Positions 21,740-33,098 of a stretch of 64,000 bases of DNA are shown here, in pieces (position 1 is the stretch's first letter; the number at the start of each line of letters is the position of its first letter). This DNA comes from Octopus vulgaris (taxonomy: Eukaryota): assembly GCA_951406725.2 (NCBI GenBank), contig OX597818.1, forward strand, positions 130,386,001 through 130,450,000, in the 5' to 3' direction. The notes beneath the pieces are model-generated. The model made no database searches and was not told where the DNA came from. It saw only the letters and a list, made by a program, of their open reading frames with translations. A program made the translations under genes and the position numbers.

Positions 21740-24426
21740 AATAATAATAATAATAATTGTGTACAGTGCTCAGGTGCACTACAACTCATCTAAAGTGTAT
21801 ATATAATCAGGTGTAGTTTCGGCGGATTTCGGAAAGCATGAGGGCCTTAAAAGATGCAGTGTCATGGCAGTCAACAACTGACGCAGGCAGTTTATTCCAT
21901 GCTTCAGCAACTCTGAGCGTGAAAAAATGTTTCCGAAAGTCATGGGAGCTGTATTGTTTTCTGACTTTGTAGGCATGTCCACGTGTGTTAGACACATGGA
22001 GATCAAAAAGGTGTTCAGTGTTGTTGTTGGTGAGGTGGTTGATAACTTTGTGGGTGTTTACCAAGTCCGTCGCCAAACGCCGGAGCTTCAGTGAATCCAT
22101 GCCCAGGGAAACAAGGCGCTCAGAATATGGTAGGTGTCTGATGGAGGGTATGCGTTTGGTTGCACGTCTCTGGACAGATTCCAGGAGGTCAATGTTCTGT
22201 GCAAGATAGGGGTTCCAAACTGATGATGCGAATTCCAAGTGTGGTCGTACCATAGCTGTATACAGTTTTAAATAGATGGCTGGAGAGCGGCTAACAAAAG
22301 ACCTGCTGAGTGATGCCAAGACACCCTCGGCCTTCCTGACAATCTTAGAGATATGCTTTGACCAACGCAAATCACTGCTGACAGTGATGCCTAGGTCACG
22401 CTCACAAGAGGATTTCTTGATATCAGTGTTGTGGAGGGAGTATGTGAACGCAGGGTTTTTTCTCCCAAAATGCATGGTGGTACACTTGTCCACAGCCAGT
22501 TTCAGTTGCCAGTCTGTGATCCATTGCTGCATTGTGTCTAGGTCTGATTGCAGGAAAGAGTTGTAGACATCAGGATCTGTCCTCTTGATTTCAAGGTACA
22601 GCTTGATGTCGTCTGCATATTTCAATACTGTGGCATTCCTTAAATTGGCATCTATGTCGTTAATGTATGCCACAAACAAGAGGGGACCAAGGACAGATCC
22701 CTGTGGTACACCCGATGACATCTCATATGGTGTAGAGTGCTGTCCTAGAACTGTGACTACCTCCTTTCGGCTGAGGATGAAGGATTTCAACCAGTTAAAA
22801 AGGTCATCCCCCACACCCATTGCAGAGAGTTTCACCATAAGCCTTTTGTGTGGCACAGAGTTGAAAGCCTTAGCAAAGTCAAGGTAGACAACATCCACCC
22901 ATGAGCCACTGTCAGTAATCTGAGTAATGTCCTCAAGGAACTCGACAAGCTGGTCACTGCAGCTGGAGTTAGGGACAAATCCATATTGTGAGGGTCGGAT
23001 GAGACTGTGAGAGCTCCAGAAGTTCCAGAGTGTTTCTCTGACACACGATTCCATCAGTTTTGCAATACAGCTAGTGAGACTGACTGGGCGATAGTTGACA
23101 GGTGATGTGCGGTCGCCCTTTTTGAACAGAGGAATGACACTGGCAGTTTTCCACTGCTCCGGAGTAGCACCATTGTTGAGACAGTACTGGAAGAAAATAG
23201 AAAGCTGGTGTAAAAGGAAGTGCCTGCCACGTTTGAGAAGCAGGTATGTAACTCCATCGAGACCAGAGGAGGCATAGTTGCGCTTATTTTGAAGGTGACG
23301 TCGCAGCATTGCAGGTGTAAATTCCATAGTTGTTATGGAGTTTGCTGTTAGTGATGGTGAAGATGGTACATTTTGACTTTCAACAGTGAATATGTTTGCA
23401 TAGCACTCGGCAATGAGTTCTGCGCATTCCTTGGGGTCGTCAGTGATCTGGTTTGTGTGAGGGTTGCGAAGAGGGCCCACTGGAGAGTGAGGTCTCTGCT
23501 TTGAGTGCACATATTTCCAGAAAACCTTGCTGTCAGGATTGGCTGCTATGCACTGTTCAAATTCAAGCACTGCTTTTTTTGTCACTTGCTTGAGATGGTT
23601 GGAGGATTTATTCCGCTTCTTCCTGTTGGTGTCTGATTTATGCAACCTGTATTCCCGTTCAGCAGTCCGACGTTCCCTCCTGGCAAGTCGGACCGCTGAA
23701 GTTTCCCAAATTGCCCTTTTGGGGCGGTTCTTCTTTTTTTGTTTACGTGGCACTGATGCTGCACATGCTGCCCATATTGAGTCCAGGATACTCTGGAGTA
23801 TAGTATTCACATCTCCAGAGTTGTAGAATTCACGCCAGTTTGGGTGCTGTAGTTCAGTGTGGTACAGGTTCCAATCTGCTCTCTTCCAATCGAAGGAAGC
23901 AGATTGGAGATGGTTCAGGTTTTTGTTGCCCGCAAGAGCCAGATTGGCGATGATCATAGCATGATCAGAGTCACCTAGAGGTTCCTCCGTAGTGCAATTG
24001 ATAACTGCTTCAGGAGTTGTGGTGAAGAGCAGGTCCAAGGTGTTGTCGCCTCTTGTTGGAGAGGTGACTACTTGTGACCAGTTTGAGTCCAGCACAAGCT
24101 CAACAAAATCGTTTGCACTCTGTGGCCAATGGAAGGTCTCCCAATCGATCTCAGGATGGTTGAAATCGCCTGCAATAAACACATAAGTGGCTGTTTTCCT
24201 GGCAGCAGCTCGGAGGACATTGCAAAGCTGTGTGTCCCGATGGTAACTTGGGGGACGATAAACAACGCCAAGCAGGAGTGTTGACATGGTCATACGCACG
24301 TCACAGAAAAAAACTTCTTCTTGTGATTCGTTCAAATCGGCACAAGGAATTACCAAAAAATTTGAACGAACGTAGACCATCACACCACCACCACGGCGGT
24401 TAGTGCGGTCCTTACGGAAGAGGTCC
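21740..24426 (-). mobile_element. 5'-truncated CR1-like LINE inserted in spacer 3
   Basis: Absent from the other three spacers. Has a (TTA)n 3' tail and a candidate TTAT duplication at 21736-21739 and 24427-24430. Confidence 0.92.
21807..24425 (-). CDS. LINE ORF2 (partial AP endonuclease plus reverse transcriptase), lacking its true start
   Basis: Motifs LFRKDR..RRGGGV, GDFN, SDH, YRPVSLTS, YLDFAKAF, GVPQGSVLGPLLF and YADD. The frame is open up to the truncation point. Confidence 0.9.
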   Translation of the reverse strand, partial: DLFRKDRTNRRGGGVMVYVRSNFLVIPCADLNESQEEVFFCDVRMTMSTLLLGVVYRPPSYHRDTQLCNVLRAAARKTATYVFIAGDFNHPEIDWETFHWPQSANDFVELVLDSNWSQVVTSPTRGDNTLDLLFTTTPEAVINCTTEEPLGDSDHAMIIANLALAGNKNLNHLQSASFDWKRADWNLYHTELQHPNWREFYNSGDVNTILQSILDSIWAACAASVPRKQKKKNRPKRAIWETSAVRLARRERRTAEREYRLHKSDTNRKKRNKSSNHLKQVTKKAVLEFEQCIAANPDSKVFWKYVHSKQRPHSPVGPLRNPHTNQITDDPKECAELIAECYANIFTVESQNVPSSPSLTANSITTMEFTPAMLRRHLQNKRNYASSGLDGVTYLLLKRGRHFLLHQLSIFFQYCLNNGATPEQWKTASVIPLFKKGDRTSPVNYRPVSLTSCIAKLMESCVRETLWNFWSSHSLIRPSQYGFVPNSSCSDQLVEFLEDITQITDSGSWVDVVYLDFAKAFNSVPHKRLMVKLSAMGVGDDLFNWLKSFILSRKEVVTVLGQHSTPYEMSSGVPQGSVLGPLLFVAYINDIDANLRNATVLKYADDIKLYLEIKRTDPDVYNSFLQSDLDTMQQWITDWQLKLAVDKCTTMHFGRKNPAFTYSLHNTDIKKSSCERDLGITVSSDLRWSKHISKIVRKAEGVLASLSRSFVSRSPAIYLKLYTAMVRPHLEFASSVWNPYLAQNIDLLESVQRRATKRIPSIRHLPYSERLVSLGMDSLKLRRLATDLVNTHKVINHLTNNNTEHLFDLHVSNTRGHAYKVRKQYSSHDFRKHFFTLRVAEAWNKLPASVVDCHDTASFKALMLSEIRRNYT

Positions 24427-25859
24427 TTATCATTAGTATAGTTGCTGTAATTGTTATTATTTATATAAGAATCACTGTGGTCACTATCAATAGTATTACC
24501 ATCAGCATTACAAATATGAGCACTATTATTATTATTATTATTATTATCATTATTATCATTATTATTATTATTATTATTATTAGTGGTATTGGAGCTAATA
24601 AAATGTCATTGTTGTCTTTTGCATGAATACTATTGATAATATTGTTACCAGTACATCAGTATAATTAGTATAAAATTAAACTTTCAATTTTAGTTTCAAT
24701 ACAACTATACTTATTAAGAGGAAAATATTTTTGTGTAATACTAAAAATTTTCTTGGCAAGTTGCATAACAATATAGTAGTCATAATGTTACTACTACATC
24801 ATCATCATCATCATCATTTAAGGTCTGTTTTCCATGCAGGTGTGGGATGGACATTTTGACCAGGGCTAGCAAGCTATGGGCTGCACCAGGCTCCAGTCTG
24901 ATTTGGCATGTTTTCTATGGCTGATTCCTTTCCTAATACCAACCACTCTGAGATTGTAATGGGTGCTTTTACGTGCTACTAGCATGGGTGCCAGTCACCT
25001 GACACCAGTATCTGCCATGACAATGATTTCCCTTGGCTTGATGGGTCCTCTTCTCAAGCACCGTATATTGCTAAAGGTCTCAGTCATTTGTCATTGCCCC
25101 AATGAAGCCCAGCACTCGAAAGGTGATTTTTACACACCACCTGCACAGGTGCCAGTTATCTGACACCAGCATAAAACTACCTAAAATACAGAGTAGATAA
25201 AACTCCAGAAAGTGATAAGTGCAGAATCTGTGGACAAAATAGTGAAACCTTATGCATATTACCAGCCAATATAAGCCATTAGTCTCAGAAGAATATAAGA
25301 GATGCCATGACAATATAGTAAGGCTTGTCCATTGGACACTTTGCAACAAGTATGGACTTGACAGAGAAAAAAATTAGTATGTCCACAATCCCGAAGGCAT
25401 CATCGAAAATGATAATGCAAAGATCCTGTGGGATTTTATGATTCAGTGCAACCAAGAGATAGAGAATAGGAAGCCAGACATAAAAGCAAACTATGCTGGA
25501 TCATAGATATAGCATGCCTAGCTGACAACAAGGTATGCAATAAGGAAGAAAGAAAAGTCAATAGATATGACGGGTTAGCTTGGGAGTTAAAGCAATTGTG
25601 ATCAATGAAAAAGCTGGTAGTGGTAACAATAATTGTCGGAGCCCTGGGAACAGCGAGTAAAAACCTTGAAAAGTACATGGAACAAATAGGGGCTGCAATA
25701 AGGGTGGACCACTTTCAGAAAACAGCACTGCTTGGAACCGCTCATATACTCTGGAAGGTGCTCGAAAAATAAGAGGTGTCACCCTAGTCCACTGGTAGTG
25801 AACAGCTGACACCATAGTACATCTCCAGCATTAAGAGCTGTGCAAAGGCAATAATAATA

Positions 25860-25891
<32 letters not shown>

Positions 25892-26085
25892 CAATAACAA
25901 TAATAATGATAAAAGTAACAATGAGCAATCAGTAGATAAACATAAATGATAAATAATATTAAATGTAATGATGGGAGAGGTAAAAAGAGTTTTTGTTTCA
26001 TTTCTTTTTCTGTTGCTATACTTCTCTGTGACTTGATGTTGTATTTTTCTTTATCTTTTTCTTGATTTGTTCTCTTCAGTCTTTC

Positions 26086-28158
26086 TTAATGACCCCTACC
26101 TTTGATGGTAGCAGCTTCTTGACCCCGATATTCCCACAATACAATCATAGCTTCCTCGACTTTAGCCTGCAACAACTCATGAGAGTCTATCAAAGGTAAC
26201 AGCTCAGCTTTGTCAAGCTCCAACAACATACCTGTGATCTTGCCAGCCACGTATGGATAGATAGCATGAACCAATGGTAAAAGAGTCTCACCAAGCATTT
26301 GTTTCTGTACTTGTGGTGGTACTGCTGCTAACATACTGGAGCTAAGCAGTTCTTGTCTATGATTGGTCTTGATGTCAGTGGTAGCATTTTTCTTAGCCTC
26401 ATGTGCCTGCAACACAATCACAGCTTCCTCCACTTTAGCCTGCAGCGACTCATGAGAGTCTAATGAAATTAACAGCTCAGCCTCTTCAAGCTCCAACAAC
26501 ATACCAGTGATCTTGCCAGCCTTATCTGGATACATGTTATAAATCAATGAAAAGAGAATCTCACCAAGCACTTGTTTCTGTTCTTGTGGGTCAATTGTTC
26601 CTATTGTACTGGAACTAAGAGGTTCTTTTCCTTTAATAGTCTTGATGTCAGTGATAGCATCTTTCATAGCCTCTTGTGCCTGCAACACAATCACAACTTC
26701 CTCCAATTTTCCCTGCAACAACTCATGAGAGTCTATTAAAGGTAATAGCTCAGCCTCTTCAAGCTCCAACAACATACCAGTGATCTTGCCAGCCTTATCT
26801 GGATACATATTATGAATCAATGGAAAGAGAATCTTACTAAGCACTTGTTTCTGTTCTTGTGGGTCACTTGCTCCTATCATACTGGAGCTAAGAGGTTCTT
26901 GTCCTTCAGTAGTCTTGATGTCAGTGGTAGCATCTTTCATAGCCTCTTGTGCCTGCAACACAATCACAACTTCCTCCAATTTTCCCTGCAACAACTCATG
27001 AGAGTCTATTAAAGGTAATAGCTCAGCCTCTTCAAGCTCCAACAACATACCAGTGATCTTGCCAGCCTTATCTGGATACATATTATGAATCAATGGAAAG
27101 AGAATCTTACTAAGCACTTGTTTCTGTTCTTGTGGGTCACTTGCTCCTATCATACTGGAGCTAAGAGGTTCTTGTCCTTCAGTAGTCTTGATGTCAGTGG
27201 TAGCATCTTTCATAGCCTCTTGTGCCTGCAACACAATCACAACTTCCTCCAATTTTCCCTGCAACAACTCATGAGAGTCTATTAAAGGTAATAGCTCAGC
27301 CTCTTCAAGCTCCAACAACATACCAGTGATCTTGCGAGCCTTATCTGGATACATATTATGAATCAATGGAAAGAGAATCTTACTAAGCACTTGTTTCTGT
27401 TCTTGTGGGGCAATTGCTCCTATCATACTGGAGCTAAGAGGTTCTTGTCCTTCAGTAGTCTTGATGTCAGTGGTAGCATCCTTCATAGCCTCATGTGCCT
27501 GCAACACAATCACAACTTCCTCCACTTTTCCCTGCAACAACTCATGAGAGTCTATTAAAGGTAACAGCTCAGCTTCGTCAAGCTCCAACAACATACCAGT
27601 GATCTCACCAGCCTTATCTGGATACATGTTATGAATCAATGGAAAGAGAGTCTCACCAAGCACTTGTTTCTGTTCTTGTGGGTCACTTGCTCCTATCATA
27701 CTGGAGCTAAGAGGTTCTTTTCCTTTAATAGTCTTGATGTCAGTGATAGCATCTTTCATAGCCTCTTGTGCCTGCAACACAATCACAACTTCCTCCACTT
27801 TTCCCTGCAACAACTCATGAGAGTCTATTAAAGGTAATAGCTCAGCTTCGTCAAGCTCCAACAACATACCAGTGATCTTGCCAGCCTTATCTGGATACAT
27901 ACCATGAACCAATGGAAAGAGATTCTCACCAAGCTTTTTTTTGTTTTCTTGAAGTGGTACTGCTGTTCTGATAGTGGAGGAAAAATTATTGTTTTCATGG
28001 ATGATCACCACTGCTTGCTGATTATTAGGTTGATCTAGCATCGACTGCATTGTACCCATAGGTCTGAAAGGTCTTATTGGTCCGAATTTAAAGTTAAATC
28101 TGGTATTCTCTGACTGCATTTTATTCATTTCTCTTGTGGTAAAAGGAGAGAAAGCCAT
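26086..28158 (-). CDS. Poly-MLLE protein, copy 4: 7 MLLE units
   Basis: Intact 690-aa ORF from ATG to TAA, with KITGMLLE repeated every 91 aa. Confidence 0.85.
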   Translation of the reverse strand: MAFSPFTTREMNKMQSENTRFNFKFGPIRPFRPMGTMQSMLDQPNNQQAVVIIHENNNFSSTIRTAVPLQENKKKLGENLFPLVHGMYPDKAGKITGMLLELDEAELLPLIDSHELLQGKVEEVVIVLQAQEAMKDAITDIKTIKGKEPLSSSMIGASDPQEQKQVLGETLFPLIHNMYPDKAGEITGMLLELDEAELLPLIDSHELLQGKVEEVVIVLQAHEAMKDATTDIKTTEGQEPLSSSMIGAIAPQEQKQVLSKILFPLIHNMYPDKARKITGMLLELEEAELLPLIDSHELLQGKLEEVVIVLQAQEAMKDATTDIKTTEGQEPLSSSMIGASDPQEQKQVLSKILFPLIHNMYPDKAGKITGMLLELEEAELLPLIDSHELLQGKLEEVVIVLQAQEAMKDATTDIKTTEGQEPLSSSMIGASDPQEQKQVLSKILFPLIHNMYPDKAGKITGMLLELEEAELLPLIDSHELLQGKLEEVVIVLQAQEAMKDAITDIKTIKGKEPLSSSTIGTIDPQEQKQVLGEILFSLIYNMYPDKAGKITGMLLELEEAELLISLDSHESLQAKVEEAVIVLQAHEAKKNATTDIKTNHRQELLSSSMLAAVPPQVQKQMLGETLLPLVHAIYPYVAGKITGMLLELDKAELLPLIDSHELLQAKVEEAMIVLWEYRGQEAATIKGRGH

Positions 28159-30150
28159 TGTTTGTCCTCTTTGTGCAGTGATGGGTCAAGAACCATGGTT
28201 GATGGAAACTGTACAATGAGATCCTGTTTAATTAGCTGGTCTCATCTACTGTGTGAGCAAAGGCTGGTACATAGTATCCTGCTGGGTTGAGGTTGGCCTA
28301 AAAGTTGTTCAGCAATGAGGCCCCAAGGCCCGAAACTGTATTAGCAGAGAGGATTAGAATACTTTTCTTGAAACTTGGCTGGTATGAAGCAAAGGGTTAG
28401 GTTGCTGGCCTGGAAGATGGTATTGAATTAACTAAGTGGGCTTCTAATAATGTGTGTTCTCTTGAATATATCTCTAGATTATGTGGTATCAAGTAACCTA
28501 CATGAGGAAATTTTAAGCAGAACAGTTGTCAGCAACAATCTAGGTGCTACTACCAGTTATCAACACTGCAACAATGGTATCTGACACACATGTTTCATAA
28601 GTCAGTCATAATAATAGAAGTAGTGATAACAATATTATCAGTAGTATTCAAGCGAATGACCACAATGATAATTCTAGTAGCACCCATACTGACAATAATG
28701 ATAATAATCATATATGCAGGACCAGATTTAACCCTTTCGTTACTATATTTCTGACCAAAATACACCCCTCATGAGTTTCAATTAAATTCTAAAATAATCA
28801 TGAATCTAGGCTTGTTTCATTAAATAACTGTAACTTTTTTACTTATCAACATTTTAATGTGATATTTGGAACATAATTAAAGAAAGGGTTCTTAATCAAT
28901 TCTATTGCATAACTTTTGTCTCAAAGTGATTTTAATTATAGGTAAATCCAGGTAAATTGAGCAAAAGGTAAAAATATTAAAATTTTAAATTGAGCAAATC
29001 GTAAAAATTAAAATTTTGTTTAAACATCACCATAGAAAATGAATCATCAGCTAATATTCAAATGGGTATGCAACAAAATGTTGATAAAGAAGAATTGTGC
29101 ATATCACTATATCATCAGTTGAATTTAATCCACAACAGGTGTACCATAAAGGTGGAATAAAGTGAAATACTAGAATCCACCGTAAGTTTGACCGAACTAA
29201 AGAAATTGGTCAAAAAAATAATATACGGCCCTGGTTATGGTATGGAAGTGATAAATTCCAGACCACATCGTTCCCTAGGACATGCTGACTAACATTTTCC
29301 CTGTATAAAAACTAAATCCACGCAGTACCCAGTAATTTACTTGACAAATTTTCCGAAATTTGATCCCTGATTTTGTGCTTGTTTACGTTCTGCGTAAGTT
29401 TGTTTCTGCATTGATCGCTTCATTTTGGTCCCACTGTTGTAAAGAACGTTTTTATTATTGTACAGAATCCACTTTACAGAATTGATTTAGAGATCATATT
29501 TAAAATACAAAAAGGTGTTCCTTATGGAATTGGAACATTTCATCTAAAGTTCATCCGATTTGTTAATAATTTTACTTGAACATTTAAAAAGTTTCAATTA
29601 TTCCATGCAGCAGAGGTTACACAATTATCAGTTGTTAAAGTAAGGCTTAGCATGTTTCACAATACTCCAGGTAATATGGAAGACAACATTATTATCCTTT
29701 AACTCCCAGATTTTTGCAGCAAGTGAAGTAGTTTTAACCTTATTCCTTCTTTTAAAGGTGTGAGTGTTGTTATGTGATCTCAGTTTGAAGGGGAAGGAGG
29801 TAGAACCTATACAGGTTAAAGTATTCTGGTTAGTGTAAATCATACATTTGTAAATAATACTTTTAGCTAGGCCCCTATTATTAAGAGGGCACTAAAATTT
29901 ATTTCTACAATTACATAGTTTTGATGGCAGAGTAGTAGGGCTATTACAAGTACAGGTAATTGGGTTATTATGTTGCAGATAGTTAGCATCACTAGAATTA
30001 CTATTGTTGTTAAGCCTACCAATTCTACAAGCACCATTGAATAAATATAACTGTTATCATTAGTATAGTTGCTGTAATTGTTATTATTTATATAAGAATC
30101 ACTGTGGTCACTATCAATAGTATTACCATCAGCATTACAAATATGAGCAC

Positions 30151-30198
<48 letters not shown>

Positions 30199-31499
30199 CA
30201 TTATTATCATTATTATTATTAGTGGTATTGGAGCTAATAAAATGTCATTGTTGTCTTTTGCATGAATACTATTGATAATATTGTTACCAGTACATCAGTA
30301 TAATTAGTATAAAATTAAACTTTCAATTTCAGGTTCAATACAACTATACTTATTAAGAGGAAAATATTTTTGTGAAATACTAAAAATTTTCTTGGCAAGT
30401 TGCATAACAAAATTGTAGCCATCATGTTACTACTACTACATCATCATCATCATCATTTAAGGTCTGTTTTCCATGCAGGTGTGGGATGGACATTTTGACC
30501 AGGTCTAGCAAGCTGATGGGCTGCACCAGGCTCCAGTCTGATTTGGCATGTTTTCTATGGCTGATTCCCTTCCTAATACCAACCACTCTGAGATTGTAAC
30601 GGGTGCTTTTACGTGCAACTGACATGGGTGCCAGTCACCTGATACCAGTATCTGCCATGACAATGATTTCCCTTTGCTTGATGGGTCTTCTTCTCAAGCA
30701 CCGTATATTGCTAAAGGTCTCAGTCATTTGTCATTGCCCCCATGAAGCCCAGCACTCGAAAGGTGCTTTTTACACACCACCTGCACAGGTGCCAGTTATG
30801 TGACACCAGCATAAAACTACCTAAAATACAGAGTAGATAAAACTCCAGAAAGTGATAAGTGCAGAATCTGTGGACAAAATGGTGAAACCTTATGCATATT
30901 ACCAGCCAATATAAGCCATTAGTCTCAGAAGAATATAAGAGATGCCATGACAATATAGTAAGGCTTGTCCATTGGACACTTTGCAACAAGTATGGACTTG
31001 ACAGAGAAAAAAATTAGTATGTCCACAATCCCGAAGGCATCATCGAAAATGATAATGCAAAGATCCTGTGGGATTTTATGATTCAGTGCAACCAAGAGAT
31101 AGAGAATAGGAAGCCAGACATAAAAGCAAACTATGCTGGATCATAGATATAGCATGCCTAGCTGACAACAAGGTATGCAATAAGGAAGAAAGAAAAGTCA
31201 ATAGATATGACGGGTTAGCTTGGGAGTTAAAGCAATTGTGATCAATGAAAAAGCTGGTAGTGGTAACAATAATTGTCGGAGCCCTGGGAACAGCGAGTAA
31301 AAACCTTGAAAAGTACATGGAACAAATAGGGGCTGCAATAAGGGTGGACCACTTTCAGAAAACAGCACTGCTTGGAACCGCTCATATACTCTGGAAGGTG
31401 CTCGAAAAATAAGAGGTGTCACCCTAGTCCACTGGTAGTGAACAGCTGACACCATAGTACATCTCCAGCATTAAGAGCTGTGCAAAGGCAATAATAATA

Positions 31500-31534
<35 letters not shown>

Positions 31535-31729
31535 CAATAACAATAATAATGATAAAAGTAACAATGAGCAATCAGTAGATAAACATAAATGATAAATAAT
31601 ATTAAATGTAATGATGGGAGAGGTAAAAAGAGTTTTTGTTTCATTTCTTTTTCTGTTGCTATACTTCTCTGTGACTTGATGTTGTATTTTTTCTTTATCT
31701 TTTTCTTGATTTGTTCTCTTCAGTCTTTC

Positions 31730-32983
31730 TTAATGACCCCTAGCTTTGATGGTAGCAGCTTCTTGACCCCGATATTCCCACAATACAATCATAGCTTCCT
31801 CGACTTTAGCCTGCAACAACTCATGAGAGTCTATCAAAGGTAACAGCTCAGCTTTGTCAAGCTCCAACAACATACCTGTGATCTTGCCAGCCACGTATGG
31901 ATAGATAGCATGAACCAATGGTAAAAGAGTCTCACCAAGCATTTGTTTCTGTACTTGTGGTGGTACTGCTGCTAACATACTGGAGCTAAGCAGTTCTTGT
32001 CTATGATTGGTCTTGATGTCAGTGGTAGCATTTTTCTTAGCCTCATGTGCCTGCAACACAATCACAGCTTCCTCCACTTTAGCCTGCAGCGACTCATGAG
32101 AGTCTAATGAAATTAACAGCTCAGCCTCTTCAAGCTCCAACAACATACCAGTGATCTTGCCAGCCTTATCTGGATACATGTTATAAATCAATGAAAAGAG
32201 AATCTCACCAAGCACTTGTTTCTGTTCTTGTGGGTCAATTGTTCCTATTGTACTGGAACTAAGAGGTTCTTTTCCTTTAATAGTCTTGATGTCAGTGATA
32301 GCATCTTTCATAGCCTCTTGTGCCTGCAATACAATCACAACTTCCTCCACTTTTCCCTGCAACAACTTATGAGAGTCTATTAAAGGTAACAGCTCAGCTT
32401 CGTCAAGCTCCAACAACATACCAGTGATCTCGCCAGCCTTATCTGGATACATGTTATGAATCAATGGAAAGAGAGTCTCACCAAGCACTTGTTTCTGTTC
32501 ATGTGGGTCAATTGCTCCTATCATACTGGAGCTAAGAGGTTCTTTTCCTTTAATAGTCTTGATGTCAGTGATAGCATCTTTCATAGCCTCTTGTGCCTGC
32601 AACACAATCACAACTTCCTCCACTTTTCCCTGCAACAACTCATGAGAGTCTATTAAAGGTAACAGCTCAGCTTCGTCAAGCTCCAACAACATACCAGTGA
32701 TCTTGCCAGCCTTATCTGGATACATATTATGAACCAATGGAAAGAGAGTCTCACCAAGCTTTTTTTTCTTTCCTTGAAGTGGTACTGCTGTTCTGATAGT
32801 GGAGGAAAATTTATTGTTTTCATGGATGATCACCACTGCTTGCTGATTATTAGGTTGATCTAGCATCGACTGCATTGTACCCATAGGTCTGAAAGGTCTT
32901 ATTGGTCCGAATTTAAAGTTAAATCTGGTATTCTCTGACTGCATTTTATTCATTTCTCTTGTGGTAAAAAGAGAGAAAGCCAT
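31730..32983 (-). CDS. Poly-MLLE protein, copy 5: 4 MLLE units
   Basis: Intact 417-aa ORF. Its last two units are nearly identical to those of copy 4. Confidence 0.82.
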   Translation of the reverse strand: MAFSLFTTREMNKMQSENTRFNFKFGPIRPFRPMGTMQSMLDQPNNQQAVVIIHENNKFSSTIRTAVPLQGKKKKLGETLFPLVHNMYPDKAGKITGMLLELDEAELLPLIDSHELLQGKVEEVVIVLQAQEAMKDAITDIKTIKGKEPLSSSMIGAIDPHEQKQVLGETLFPLIHNMYPDKAGEITGMLLELDEAELLPLIDSHKLLQGKVEEVVIVLQAQEAMKDAITDIKTIKGKEPLSSSTIGTIDPQEQKQVLGEILFSLIYNMYPDKAGKITGMLLELEEAELLISLDSHESLQAKVEEAVIVLQAHEAKKNATTDIKTNHRQELLSSSMLAAVPPQVQKQMLGETLLPLVHAIYPYVAGKITGMLLELDKAELLPLIDSHELLQAKVEEAMIVLWEYRGQEAATIKARGH

Positions 32984-33098
32984 TGTTTGTCCTCTTTGTG
33001 CAGTGATGGGTCAAGAACCATGGTTGATGGAAACTGTACAATGAGATCCTGTTTAATTAGCTGGTCTCATCTACTGTGTGAGCAAAGGCTGGTACATA

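Noticed and set aside
621-32656. Dozens of 66-aa plus-strand ORFs (MNQWKE...)
   Set aside because: These are antisense shadows of the 273-bp MLLE unit; the recognisable domain is on the minus strand.
177-32983. Calling the genes canonical PABPC or UBR5
   Set aside because: No RRM or HECT sequence is visible in the window, and the upstream linker is interrupted by stops.
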